Positions 1 to 11,956 of a stretch of DNA of 64,000 bases are shown here, piece by piece. The notes under the pieces were generated by a model, which was not told the DNA's origin, searched no databases, and worked only from the letters and a program-made list of their open reading frames with translations. Positions within the stretch are counted from its first letter, which is position 1. Every line of letters begins with the position of its first letter. Both the position numbers and the translations under genes were made by a program. Source of the stretch: Podarcis melisellensis (Eukaryota); NCBI GenBank assembly GCA_964234715.1, contig OZ174280.1, one strand, 5' to 3'.

Positions 1-521
1 AGTGCTTGTGGCTTAGGGAGATAAGTCAAGTTTAGAAAATATTTTCCAGTTCTCTGGGGAGCTTTGATCAAACAGAAAGGTCCAGGTTAGGTAACTGGAA
101 ACCAGAACTCGCTAAACTGTAATTTAACTGAGCTGAGCTGAACTCTTTTTTTCTTCCTTTTTGTAATATACTCTAGATAGCGTAGGGTAGTTAAGTTCCA
201 AGTCTCCCTTATTTTACAACTGACTTTGGGTGGCCCAAAATCCTGGGAGAAATCAAATCATGGAATAAGAGGGCTGGAACAAATCTAAGGAAAAATCCAT
301 TCCATTCTCCTATATTGAACCATGATTCCTGAGACTCCCCTGCCTCACACCCCACAATACACACACACACTTACACACTAAATATCTACCAGGTGTCTAC
401 TTAAAACAGGAATGGGGGATTACAGGCCCAGGAGCTCTCCTGGCTTCCTCCATTTTGCCCTTAGGACTCTTCCCAGACAACATGAGACTTGTGTTCTGGG
501 TGTGAGCTCCACATTGGACAA

Positions 522-590
522 AAGATTCCTTAATTGCAGGGAGTTGGACTAAATGATCCTCATGGTCCTTTCCAACTCTGCAATTCTATG
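522..590 (+). mobile_element. CR1 LINE 3' end fragment
   Basis: gattcct..ttgcagggagttggactaaatgatcctcatggtcctttccaactctgcaattctatg matches the typical CR1 3' UTR and tail. Confidence 0.75.
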
Positions 591-1468
591 CCTTACCTGC
601 CCTTACTGTATGTTTCTGCCTGACTGGAATGTGTCCTTGAACCCTGATAGTGTTTCTTGCTTGCCTGAATGGAGAATGGGGGGCAGTATTTTGAGACCAT
701 AGGTTGCACACGGCTAACTTTTATATTTTTTAATTATTCATCCTCCTCTCCCAGGCTAAGCACATATATTATTCAATTGGCACAGTGCCATCGAAAGAGC
801 ATAGGATTCTGTAAATTACATTTTCTGCACCAAAATGCACTCTTTTTTTGGAGTACTAACCATAAAGCCACTGAAATTGAAAGAGCAATCAAGACCATCC
901 ACTCCACACACCCCAAAAAATATTGCTGGCTGAATTCGTTCATGCTCACTGCTGCAGATTTTAGGGCCAGAATGGAGTTACTTTTAAGCTGCTAATCCAC
1001 AACAATTTCTTCATAAGCTCCAAGGCACAAGAGGTTAAGAAGATTTTGATATAAGAGCCTACAAGGAATATTCTGCAATGCATCACAGGCTGCACATGAA
1101 AAGATGATGAGTGGTGGGGGCAGACAAAAGGTAGTTTGGGATTGGGCATGATGACAACTGCAAGGGGAAATAAAATATACTTCAGGGATAGGGAAGTCGT
1201 AATCATATTGGTTTCACAGCTCATGAATACTGAAAGGCTGATACAAGGAACCAAAGGGAAAGAGAGCCCTGAAAATAAGATTTTAGGGCCCCAAGTGTTT
1301 CTGCCTGACATTCAAACCTCTTTAAAAAATATATGAGGGTATCCAGAAATCTCTTCTCCCTTTCCTCCCCTTGTTTAATTTGCATTATCTGCTTAATATG
1401 ATAAAGTAGTATAGTGTTATATGGGGACACCTGTGTTCTCTAGTGTATGGCCGCACTGCAAAAGTGTG

Positions 1469-1662
1469 AGGAAGAGTTATAGCTCAGAGGTGGGACATCT
1501 GCTTTGCATGCAGAAGGTCTTAGGTTCAATCTCCAGCATCTCCAGGTAGGGCTAGTAGAGGCCACAGTCTGAAACCCTGGAAAATTGCTGGCAGTGTAGG
1601 CAATACCAAATTAGATGCACGACTGTCCCGTTTCAGCGTAAGGCAGCTTCACATGTCCCTAA
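1469..1662 (+). mobile_element. tRNA-derived SINE (Squam3-like)
   Basis: A-box-like tagctcagaggtgg, B-box-like ggttcaatctcc, body gaaaccctgg, tail aaggcagcttcacatgtcccta. Confidence 0.75.
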
Positions 1663-3322
1663 CACACAATATTACAACAGTGAATGTGAAATGCCCAAAG
1701 GGTTTTTAATGTGCTAAAGTTAAGCTTTGTGAATCTGTTGTTATATTGATATTCTTTTAAAACACTTTTTGACTCGGATGACGCCAGACATTTCCATAGT
1801 TAGTGATCGGGGCTGGACAAATACTTAGGCTAGGAATAGGACTGCATGCAAAATTGGGAACGCTGGCTGTGGCATAACAATCTGAGAGTGTTCCAGTGAC
1901 AAAACTGTACTCATTTTTTGCTTTATAACTGGCTCAATAACAGAGCTGGGCTCTCACCACGTTCAGTCTTAGTAACAAGGTGCCACAATTCATCTCTGGT
2001 TCATAATGTTCCTGTATATCATCCCTGTTGTTGAGCAGACTCTGCAGTGCTACAAAATGGAGGGCGCTAAAGATATCATTTCTAAATGCAGTGTATCTGA
2101 GGCAATGAATTGGTGGTCCCCAAATAAATACTTCTCTAATTCTCCTTTGGGGGCTATAAACCAAGGCCCCATTGCTGTCATCTCCAATATTCTCATGGCT
2201 TTCTTTCTTTTTCTTTCTCTATTCATGCAAGTCTGATTACAACATATGGCTATTGCTAAAATTTGACAAAATGTATCCATTTTATTTATGTAATGCTTTA
2301 TTGGAACCTCATCACATGTGAAAGCCTCATCAGTGATAACCAAAGAGTGGAAAATGTCCTCTCCAATTTTACAAACCAAGGCCTTCTTCTCACCCACGAA
2401 TTTCCATCACTCCATGCCAAATGACTGCTGTGTTGTTCTATTCTGGTTTCAATTGATCCTCCTCAGTCATGATCCTGTCCCAGAATATATTTGATGGCGA
2501 GACAGATGCTGCAGCATCTGAAAAAAATTACTAGGGACCACTTTAAAAAAGACGATGCTGTAGTTTCTCACTCACTTTAAAGCATGTGGAGCACACATTG
2601 GAATAATATGCATCTAGGTCACCTGTGTTATCTTGGTCACAGCTTTGAGTATCCAAAAAAATAGCCCGTGACAAACACAAGGCATTTCTAATTAGTACTC
2701 CCAAAAATGCTGTGTAAAAGTAAGAGAAAGGAATCAGCTAAGGGCTCAGCTTTGTGCATGCTTACCATGCCTGTAAAGTTAAAAGAATGAAGCCACAAGG
2801 AAATGCTGTCTTCCTGTGCCAAGATCACCACCATTCCCCCGCAGAATATATCAAATGACAACAGAATGGAAAGTAACCACCTTGTTAGCCCATCCTGCTT
2901 GATCTCACTCTTTGGGAATTGGAGCCAAAGGGAAGAGTGGCAAAGATCATTGCACTTGGAATGTAAATGTAAGAACCAAGGATGTTTGCACCAAAAGAAA
3001 AAGAGACAATGCGAGACAAATATTTTCACAAAACTCAACTTCCATGCTTGTCATCGCTTCCTTGAATAATCCATCTGTCCCAAGGTGCAATATGCTAACT
3101 TGTATGCTATGCATTTAGCTACACCATGGATCAAGAGATGCAGCAGCTTTTTCCTCTTTCTAAGAAGCAGTCGTGTGTACATGAAGCGAAATGGTATATT
3201 TTGAGTTGCTGTTTTGCTATGGGGTGGGGATAGAGGATTGTTTCATTTGGTGGATCATTGATCAATACACTTCTAGCTGTTTGTCTATTCACCTACTTCA
3301 TTTGTGCATCTTTGTGGTCATA

Positions 3323-3447
3323 GGCTGTGGCTTTCAGGTCCTGCTTATGCTGCTTCCCACAGGAATCTGGTTGGCCACTGTGAGAACAGGATGCTGGACT
3401 AGATCTGCCATTGGCCTGATCCAGCAGATCTCTCCTTATGTTCTTAA
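3323..3447 (+). mobile_element. CR1 LINE 3' end fragment
   Basis: ggttggccactgtgagaacaggatgctggactaga...ggcctgatccagca...cttatgttctta; same subfamily as 15023-15545. Confidence 0.75.
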
Positions 3448-3571
3448 GGCAATCTTAGGTCCTGTCTCTGTATCCATTTTAAACAAGAATCCCCATGGAT
3501 GCTCCATGCCTTCACTCTCATCATCAGGGTCACCCAGAACTGACTAGATCTTCCATAGTCTGAGTACCGGA

Positions 3572-4144
3572 CAGCCTTCCCATAACTGGTGCCCTCAGGG
3601 CCGTCTTTACCCGGGGGTGCAAGGGGTGCAGGGCACCTGGGCGCCAAATTCTGGGGGGGTACAAGTGCCCACCTCTGAAGCCCCCTAAGCTCTTAACTAG
3701 CTACCTGTTATGAAATAATAATTTTGATCAAGCTAGAAAAACAAAATACGTATATACGAAATGTATACCTACTGTTTCACTAAAGGACTTTTGACTTTGT
3801 GTGCTCATTTACCAAAGGCACACTGTCATTGTCAGACTCAATGAGTATAAGTGTATTGTAAATAAATGAGCAAATAAAAAAGTTTCTTTCTTTTTCCTCC
3901 CTTCTTTCACAAAAAAGAATGTCTGACATAGGCATAATAAAAGTTAATTTTGGGGGCTAAACTAAATTTGGGGTGCTGAGCGGATCTTTGCACCCCGGCA
4001 GCGCATATGCTAAAGGCGCCCCCGGGTGCCCTCTAGATGTTTTGGACTGCAACTCCTATCAAATCTCAACCAGCATAGCCAATGATCAGGGATTATAGAA
4101 ATTGTAGTTTAAAACTTCCAGAGGGCACCAGATTGAGAAGGCTG
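3572..4144. mobile_element. Short palindromic MITE (actacaactccc/gggagttgtagt family) interrupted by a hAT MITE
   Basis: Ends cagccttccc..ctggtgccct and agggcaccag..gaaggctg are inverted complements. The internal ggactgcaactcctatc / attgtagttt motifs are also present. Confidence 0.7.
3596..4024. mobile_element. Non-autonomous hAT element
   Basis: Perfect 8-bp TSD GGTGCCCT (3588-3595 and 4025-4032). Imperfect TIRs cagggccgtctttac / ctaaaggcgcccccg match at 11 of 15 positions. Confidence 0.85.
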
Positions 4145-5425
4145 GCGTGGACCAAGGTCTGATCTATTGCTCATTTGCACTAGCCTTCTCCATTCATGGA
4201 TACTGAGACATAACAAATGCAGCCAAGTAATAATCACATGCGCGTACACCCACAACATTTCTGTAGAATAAAACCGTAGGGTTGTGCACCAGCCACAAGA
4301 TTCAACTTGTACCTGTCTCTTTGGGAAGCAGCCCGATCTATCTTAGAGTTGTTATGCATCTTTCCAGCATCTAGGGGTTTTCCTATAAACTTCGATTTTC
4401 TAAAACAAAGGAAATTAACTTTTTTCATTATATTTTTTGCAGGAATTGGGTGCAACTTGCTGGCATTCACAGTGTCGTTGGTCTGTGAATTGCAACTTTA
4501 GCCCCTTTCTGTGGAACCTTCTCCGATTACAGTAACTACAGTGGCACTGAAACATTACAGCCTGATGATATAAATTTGACTCTGGGTTAGAAATTCCATA
4601 TATTTTTTATTATAAGAGATATATGCCTATAAATGATCCTCTTTATGCTTTTTGGTGTGTTTCCCAGGAGCAGTCAGTTTCAAAGTGGCTTCATCTGACT
4701 TCGCCTCCTCTCTCACTTGCTGCCATTTTCATGTCTCAGCTACTGGAACATTTTGAGGAGTCTACGTATAAAAACCAAACTTCATGGGTGGTAAGAAATC
4801 ATGTTGATATACTATTATCTTGTCTTTATTGGTCACATAAATTGCTTTCATGGGATGGGAGCAGGAAAGACTGCTACTTTCCAAATAACTCCATCAAACA
4901 AGGTCATATTCATGGGAACTGTTCCCTAGCATTCTTAATTTACTGTTCTAGTTTAACTGAATAATGTGAGAAGAGAGTAGGAGTGCAATTTCCTCTTTAA
5001 TTAATTACTCATGATTTTTATTATTATTTCTTTACCTTCTGTCCTAAAAAGGCTGAACGAAATGAGAAGGTAATAGGAGTGAAATTGCCTGTTGTTATCA
5101 TTACAAAACCGCCAGGCTTATGCAGACAATTAAGAAAACCGTTTCAGTAATCGTTAGCTGATGGTCTGTAATTTTAAATCTTTATGTGGTTTTTATTGTG
5201 AGTATATGAAATGGTTGTAAACTGCTTCGTTGTTGTTTTTAATGACATTGTGGTGTACAAGTATTGTTGTGTATATATAAATAAATAAAACCCTTATTAT
5301 TGTAAGTAGCCTTAAACCATCAATGAAAAATACAACCCAAGAACAGTTCACAAGACCAAAACAAGTGCTATATTCCAAAACATGGGCTGGATTCAACTAA
5401 CCCAGTTTGCTAGTAGAGGTTAGCA

Positions 5426-5606
5426 CAGGGGTAGGCAACCTAAGGCCTGTGGGCTGGATGCGGCCCAATTACCTTCTCAATTCGGCTCATGGACGGTCTG
5501 GGAATCAGCATGTTTTTACATGAGTAGAATGTGTCCTTTTATATAAAATGCATCTCTGGGTTATTTGTGGGGCATAGGAATTCGTTCATTTCCACCCTCA
5601 ATATAT

Positions 5607-5662
<56 letters not shown>

Positions 5663-5729
5663 TCCGGCCCACCACATGGTCTGAGGGACAGTGGACTGGC
5701 CCACGGCTGAAAAAGGTTGCTGACCCCTG
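5426..5729. mobile_element. hAT (Charlie-like) MITE containing a (GATA)n microsatellite
   Basis: TIRs caggggtaggcaacct / aggttgctgacccctg, flanking direct repeat GTTAGCA, and subterminal ggccc motifs. Confidence 0.85.
5608..5662. repeat. (GATA)n microsatellite
   Basis: About 13 perfect tetranucleotide units. Confidence 0.95.
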
Positions 5730-7489
5730 GTTAGCACAAGGGCTTGTGCTACTGCAATGGGGCTTTCCCTGGTGCCTCCCCCCAAACTGCTTTGGATAAT
5801 TGAGAGAGCCCACCAGAGCAATGTGTAGGGGTAGTAATGCCTGTGCTGACGAAACAATCGTCATAGTGTGACACTGAATTTCACTCTATGTGCCTTAGGG
5901 CATTAAGTACTCTCCAGTTTTGGTACTCCTTAAAGACTGTAATTAAACATCATCACGTTTCTACATATTAAATTGGCAGGAAAAGGCACTTTTGTGCAAT
6001 TTTCTGCCTCAGGTGCCAGCCATTGGTACCATGTGTTGGAAGTGCAACAGATCATTTTGTGTGTAGCTGAAGGATTAATTATGTTGGTATTAAGGGATGG
6101 GTGGAGGTGTTGCTTGGCAACCAGGCCAACTGCCATAATGTTTGCTGAGGTAGCACATGCCCTGATTGGCTGTTTACTTCAGCAGGAGTTATCCTCTGTA
6201 TGTTTTGTTGAATGTCTCCTGGCTATGTACCAGGCCTGAACTGAGAAATACAAAACTTTCTATTCCTTTCTCCTCAAATTATATACTGTTCTTGTTCAGA
6301 TTCCTCAGTATGAGAATTTATTTTCTCTCTTTGGGCTGTGTTATTTAAGTGAATTTGCTAACACTACGCACCGAGTCATGGGAGGGCCTCTGGCAGCAAA
6401 ATATCTCAAGTTGTTCCTGAGTTCAGGCTGCTAGTGCCTCTCAATCTTATCCTATTGTGCCTTACACAATTTAAGGACTATCTTCAGATGAACAGTAACT
6501 TCAGTTAAAGTTCCCATTCTTGATTATGTTTTAAATATTATAAACAAAAGTGGATACAAAGGATATGATGGTGTTAATCAGTCCCAACACAGAATTACTA
6601 TGGAATGCTCTCACCTGTATGCTTCAAAGGGCACAGTCCTGATTTTGCTGTAGCCAGCAAGGCACTCAGGTCCCCAGACTACATTAATACTGTAAAAAGA
6701 GGAGAGTGGAGGTTTACATCATTACTGGCTAGTCGTTGCCTGTCTGTGGCAGCAACTGGTGCAGATGATGTCTTAATTGCTGCTCCCTGCACAGGGATGC
6801 ATCAGCCTAATTAGCTACCCTCGGGCACCCGGCTGTGTCAAGATGACTTCATTGTACTTTGGCTCCCCCACTTCGATCTTCATGTCAATGTTGTTTGGGA
6901 GCCCCTGCTCACTGCCGGCCTGCTACCGGGATTCTATTTTCCCTGCTTTTCTTTGGGAGAAGGTCTTTAGATGCTTCCCAGGAGGAGTTCCTTCAGGGAC
7001 TCAACTCACAGATTTTATGGAAAGAACAATACCTACTTTTCAATTTTCCTTTGCTAGTTTCTGTATTTTGGATCTGGTAGCAGTTTCTTGTGGCCCCCAT
7101 ATGTTATCTGTTTCAGTTTACAATGATGTTTAAGAGGACATCTTATCTCGTTATCTTGTGTTGATACGTGGATTTATTTATTTTTTACTGTATTATTTGT
7201 ACTGGACTTCATTTGTCATGTTCTTTAGGATTTTGTGAACTGCTTTGGAATTTTCTTGGAAATATGAAGCAATATATAAATTAAATAAATACATTTTAAT
7301 TTTTTCCCCAGAATGGATTTTTATCTTATTAGTAAAATCTCTTCTTATTTAAAGCTGGCAGACCTCTATATTTACTCTCAAGTTTTAGAAATAAGGATCG
7401 TGATAATGGGGAAAGATGGATATATCAAAAGAGTAGAAAGAATAGCCTGAAGATGTCAAATCCTAATCCGATTCCAACACCTCTATGCT

Positions 7490-8126
7490 CAACCCTACCT
7501 GCCCACGGACTGTCTTGCCAGAGTGGTGCATGCTCTAGTTATCTCTTGCTTGGACTACTGCAATTCACTCTATGTGGGGCTACCTTTGAAGGTGACCCAG
7601 AAACTACAACTAATCCAGAATGCAGCAGCTAGACCTGTGACTGGGGGTGGCCGCCGAGACCATATAGCACGGTCCTGAAAGACCTACATTGGGTCCCAGT
7701 ACATTTCCGAGCACAATTCAAAGTGTTGGTGCTGACCTTGAAAGCCCTAAATGGCCTTGGCCGAGTATACCTGAAGGAGTGTCTCCACCCACATCGTTCT
7801 GCCTGGACACTGAGGTCCAGCACCGAGGGCCTACTGGCGGTTCCCTCGCTGCGAGAAGCCAAGTTACAGGGAACCAGGCAGAGGGCCTTCTCGGTAGTGG
7901 CACCCACCCTGTGGAATGCCCTCCCACCAGATGTCAAAGAGAAAACCAACTACCAGACTTTTAGAAGACATCTGAAGGCAGCCCTGTTTAGGGAAGCTTT
8001 TAACATTTAACTTACGATTGTATTTTAATATTCTGTTGGAAGCTGCCCAGAGTGGCTGGGGAAACCCAGCCAGATGGGTGGGGTATAAATAATATTTATT
8101 TTATCATCATCATCATCATCATCATC
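7490..8126 (+). mobile_element. L2-clade LINE, 5'-truncated 3' end
   Basis: Translates to HALVISCLDYCNSLYVGLP..KLQLIQNAAAR and KALNGLG..YLK..RAFSVVAPTLWNALP. It has a 3' UTR and an (ATC)n tail. Confidence 0.9.
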
Positions 8127-8951
8127 TCCTCTTTGGTTTATAAACAGGCAGAATAAAATTACCCATAAAATAACAGCCTCAGAACATTTTATGACTCATA
8201 GTCCTTTATTCTGATAAACCAACAACAAACCTTCAGCAACTCTAATTACTCCATGATAGATGTAAATTATCAATGCCATCTTGGCATGACGCGGGCTGGT
8301 TTTCTGAAATCATAAGTGGCGATTGTTGTCTTATTAAATACTGTGGATACTATGTGCCTTCGGGAAACATGGATTACAGACTCTGGGTAAAAATCTGCCT
8401 AGTCTGGTACACAAAACATGGCTTATTTTAGCTGCTAATAAATAGGACAAAGGTAGATAAGATGGCAGATTTGCAAATCTGAGATTAAATACTAAGGGCA
8501 AGACTTGTCCTCCAATCAACAGATCCGAACTGCAGAGTTATTGTGCAATAATGGCTCTCCTTTGAACATTTTTTGAAACCTATAATTGGTTAGCTTCTTG
8601 CAGCTGCCCAGCTAATTGTTGCTCAATACTGGAAGGATCTAAATGACATCACATTAGCTAATTGGTGTAAGACAGTTTGGTGAGTCTCTTTGGTAGAAGA
8701 ATTAACAAATAATAAATGTCAGGCTAAAGGAAAGAAACAAATATTATTTTGTGGCAGATTGGCACTATTTTACTGTTTATGTGCGCAAAGATGAAATTCA
8801 AATACATCTCCAGCGGCATATAAAATGTTCTGGCTGCTATGAAGACCCAAGCACTGTACAACACAGCTCAAAACCTCGTAAACAAAGCTCAAATCCAAAA
8901 AAAATACTAGATTCACACAATATCTGCTAAAATATCAGAATAAAACACTGC

Positions 8952-9108
8952 AAATAGTACCTCGGGTTAAGAACTTTGCTTCAGGATGAGAACAGAAATC
9001 ATGCTCCAGCAGCGCAGCGGTAGCAGGAGGCCCCATTAGCTAAAGTGGTGCTTCAGGTTAAGAATGGACCTCCGGAACGAATTAAGTACGTAACCCAAGG
9101 TACCACTG
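8952..9108. mobile_element. Tc1/mariner (Tigger-like) MITE, 5'-truncated
   Basis: Same sequence as 12623-12848. It keeps only the right TIR ...ggtaccactg plus TA. Confidence 0.85.
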
Positions 9109-9399
9109 TATACTCAAACTCCATTCTTGTAGCACACTCAACCAGTCCCATAATTCAATTTTACATTCTCAATCAATAACCTGCTCACATGTACATCGAA
9201 AGACCCAGGAGACAAACTTGGACAAATACTGACATACAAAGCAAACAACAATACACAAACCCACCCCTAAATAAAACACACCAAGCACTCCTCTTTGCCT
9301 CTCCCTTTGTGGGGGTGAGATATATCCCCAATAGCAAGTTTGCCCCCTGGAAAGTACAGAAACCACTTTCCCCAGCTATCTAACAGCTAGGCAATAATG

Positions 9400-11230
9400 C
9401 CAGGTAAATATTAAGTTGTTTTTATTATATAATAATGGATTGACTTTTCTGCCTTCCTTCAGGTTAAAACAGAATTAATAGGCATGAAAAAGATAGAATG
9501 GAATGGCAAAACGGTTGTGGATGTGCAGGTCAAACTTCAGGCAGCAGAATTAACTCAGCTACTAGCTTTGTTTTTTAACACCTAATGGCCCTGTAAACCT
9601 TACTGAGATATTCCAACAAATTGTTAATCAGGTTAAACCCTTGCTGGTGGCCACTTCTTAGAACACCTGAAAAGGATGCAAAATGGTTTGAGGAAGAGTG
9701 TCATGCTGCTGAATTGCCAGCTAAACAAAAACTGCAGGCAGGCAACACTTTCTGGTCACATGCTGAAATTTTGATTTGCTGAGACCTTTAAACCTCTCCC
9801 TTAAATAAATTCAGACAAGACTCAAATTTTGGTTTGGTTTTTGGCAGAATTTAGGCCACAACTTTATTGATTATAGCAAGTGACTGGTTGCATAGGCTCT
9901 GGTTCAACTAGCTCCCTGCACCGTTGCAGGTAGCGCTGACCCAGGGCACCAGCATAGGTCAGCCTAGGGTTAACATCTGGATAGGCGGAAAGCCGGGAGC
10001 AGGCTATCTCTGCCACCCAAATGCCCCCCTGGACTCAGGCACAGGCACAACCCCCTCACAAGGGTTGACCAAACCATCGAGACACAAAGGGATGGCAATA
10101 GCGTTCTCCCATCCCTATCACCTGAACCAGAGCCTATCCATAACCTTACAAGTTGTGATGATTTGCTACGCCGCAGGCGAAACCCAAATGGCACTAGCCA
10201 AGAAGGGAAAATTGCTGCTGTGCCCCTATCCCAACAACAGATGACACATGACGGCATAGCAAGGTCAAGCGTGCAAGCCCTAAATACAGGGAGAGGTGGG
10301 CGGGTGTTCCAATGCACGAGCCAAAAGAGGAAGCTCTGGGTCACGTGCATAGGCATATATAGGTCCCTCAATCTGTTTAGCCTGCGTCTCATTGGCCTGA
10401 TTGAACCCTGCATCAAGGGACCTACCAATCGGGTGTTGTGGCTATCCAAACGTACCCACCCACAACACAGGGTTAGGTTGCCAGGTCCCACAGCAACACG
10501 TGCCCTCTTTACGGGAAGACCCGATATCCAGGAAGAAATATTTTTCAAAGCTTGTGGAGACCAAATAGCATTTCTTTCAGAGACATACATGGAATGAAGA
10601 TGGAAATATCACCAAACCAACAGAATAATCCTATATGAAAGAAGTATGTGTATCTTAATTGTGAGAAGAGAGTTTTGATATCTCTTTTTGGCACCAGGAT
10701 CTTAATGAGTGTCTGGACCTGCCCATTTTAGAACTGGAGACTGCAAATTACTGGAATCTTTAGCCAACTACAAAGGCCTAGGGGAAGATGCTATCCCTTC
10801 TGGGTTATTAAAAGATAGACTGGCGGATCCCCATGGCTGCCAAAAATTTTGATGGTATATATGATTGGGGTAATATATATAAGAGAATTGGAATAGAAAC
10901 TTTGTTTCCAGCTATGAAAATGATACTGAAAACCAGCAGTTATTGTAGCAGCAGTAAGATACAAATAACACATTTGACAAACAGCAACCCTTGACAAAAG
11001 TTTCATTTTAGATCATTTTGTTGTCAGATATTTCTACTTTAAGAAGTGGTGTTTACACACACAGCATTTTTGGAACGGAAGACTGCTTTTGATTCCATAA
11101 ATAAACAGTATGGGCTACAAAACTACCTGCTATGTATCAGGTTCCTTCTTTCTATGCTCAATGCACAGTTCGGTGTGGCAAATATGCAGCATTTTAAAAA
11201 ATCTATCAGTAAAGGAATATGAGCAGAAAT
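9400..11230 (+). pseudogene. Ancient decayed non-LTR retrotransposon RT (RTE-X-like), interrupted at ~9830-10530
   Basis: Decayed motifs appear in the expected order: KWFEEECHAA (~9680), KGLGEDAIPSGLLK (~10772, cf. KAPGxDGIPxELLK), AFLERKTAFDSI (~11064, cf. AFxDxKxAFDSI) and ISKGI (~11205, cf. KGVRQG). Confidence 0.5.
9830..10530 (-). mobile_element. GC-richer LTR-like/DIRS-Ngaro-like terminal repeat unit
   Basis: On the minus strand: CCAAT (10391-10395), TATATAT (10355-10361), cccgcccacc, then AATAAAgttgtggcc (9863-9868). It contains a 15-bp internal inverted repeat. The family assignment comes from recalled similarity only. Confidence 0.5.
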
Positions 11231-11910
11231 AAGATTAACGCTACTCTAATAGTGACAACAACAACAAAAAGACACAGGGAGGAAAGCCAAGTTATGTTCC
11301 ACTTCTTTTTACTCTTACATTATGAAACTGTAGCTTTTTAATTTTTGTGTTTTGTGTTTAATTTTGTACACGCAGGTAGATATGGGGTGACACAATAGCA
11401 GGCATGTCACCATCCATCACACTTTTATGTGCACGTGTGCTTCTGTCCCCCGTGATTCATCCACAAAAACAGTGTGAAAGAACTGTATGCTAGCATACCA
11501 CCCCAAATTTTATACCATATTTTTTTTGGGGGGGGGGGCTAGCGGAGTTGTAAACAGATTTTTCCCCTGGAAGCAATTAAGACAGAAACTAGTGAAAACC
11601 TTCCAATAGATTCTTCTGGAGTTCTAAAAGTGGCTTTTCTGTTGTGTGAAAGATCACAGAAAACACTGAAAATACCAGGCAGGGTAACTTTGTGAAAATG
11701 GAAAAAGTGCTGTCTGAATGCTGTCTTGGAGAGGGGACTCAGGCAGGAGAGCCTTATATGATTTCCCATTCCACCAGTAAAGAGGTTTACTACCTGCTTT
11801 GGTTAAAATATTTGACAAAAATGCAGAATATTTCATCAAGCTGGATACATTTCAGTGAATATGGCCTTGATGCTTTACTGTTTTACCATTTTTTTTGCTG
11901 AAAGGGGTAG

Positions 11911-11912
<2 letters not shown>

Positions 11913-11954
<42 letters not shown>
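11913..11954. repeat. (GT)n microsatellite
   Basis: About 21 perfect GT units. Confidence 0.95.

Positions 11955-11956
<2 letters not shown>

Larger units (their letters stand above)
5384..5888. mobile_element. Old MITE (gggctggattcaactaa family) interrupted by a hAT MITE
   Basis: Starts gggctggattcaactaa, resumes after 5729 and ends tgaatttcactc. Similar to 37658-37884. Confidence 0.5.

Noticed and set aside
1-260. Possible LTR end at the window start
   Set aside because: Truncated by the window edge, with no termini or TSD to confirm.
1469-1545. tRNA-like sequences here and at 35209, 38570-38641 and 57725
   Set aside because: These are SINE heads followed by SINE bodies, with no intact cloverleaf.
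10155-10200. Hammerhead-like string GTGATGA-tttgc..gcaggc-GAAAC
   Set aside because: It lacks the invariant C of CUGANGA, has no proper helix III plus UH cleavage triplet, and shows no helix I. At most it is a decayed motif.
9970-10597. 206-aa and 144-aa overlapping ORFs
   Set aside because: No recognisable domain; they are explained by the higher GC content of the repeat.
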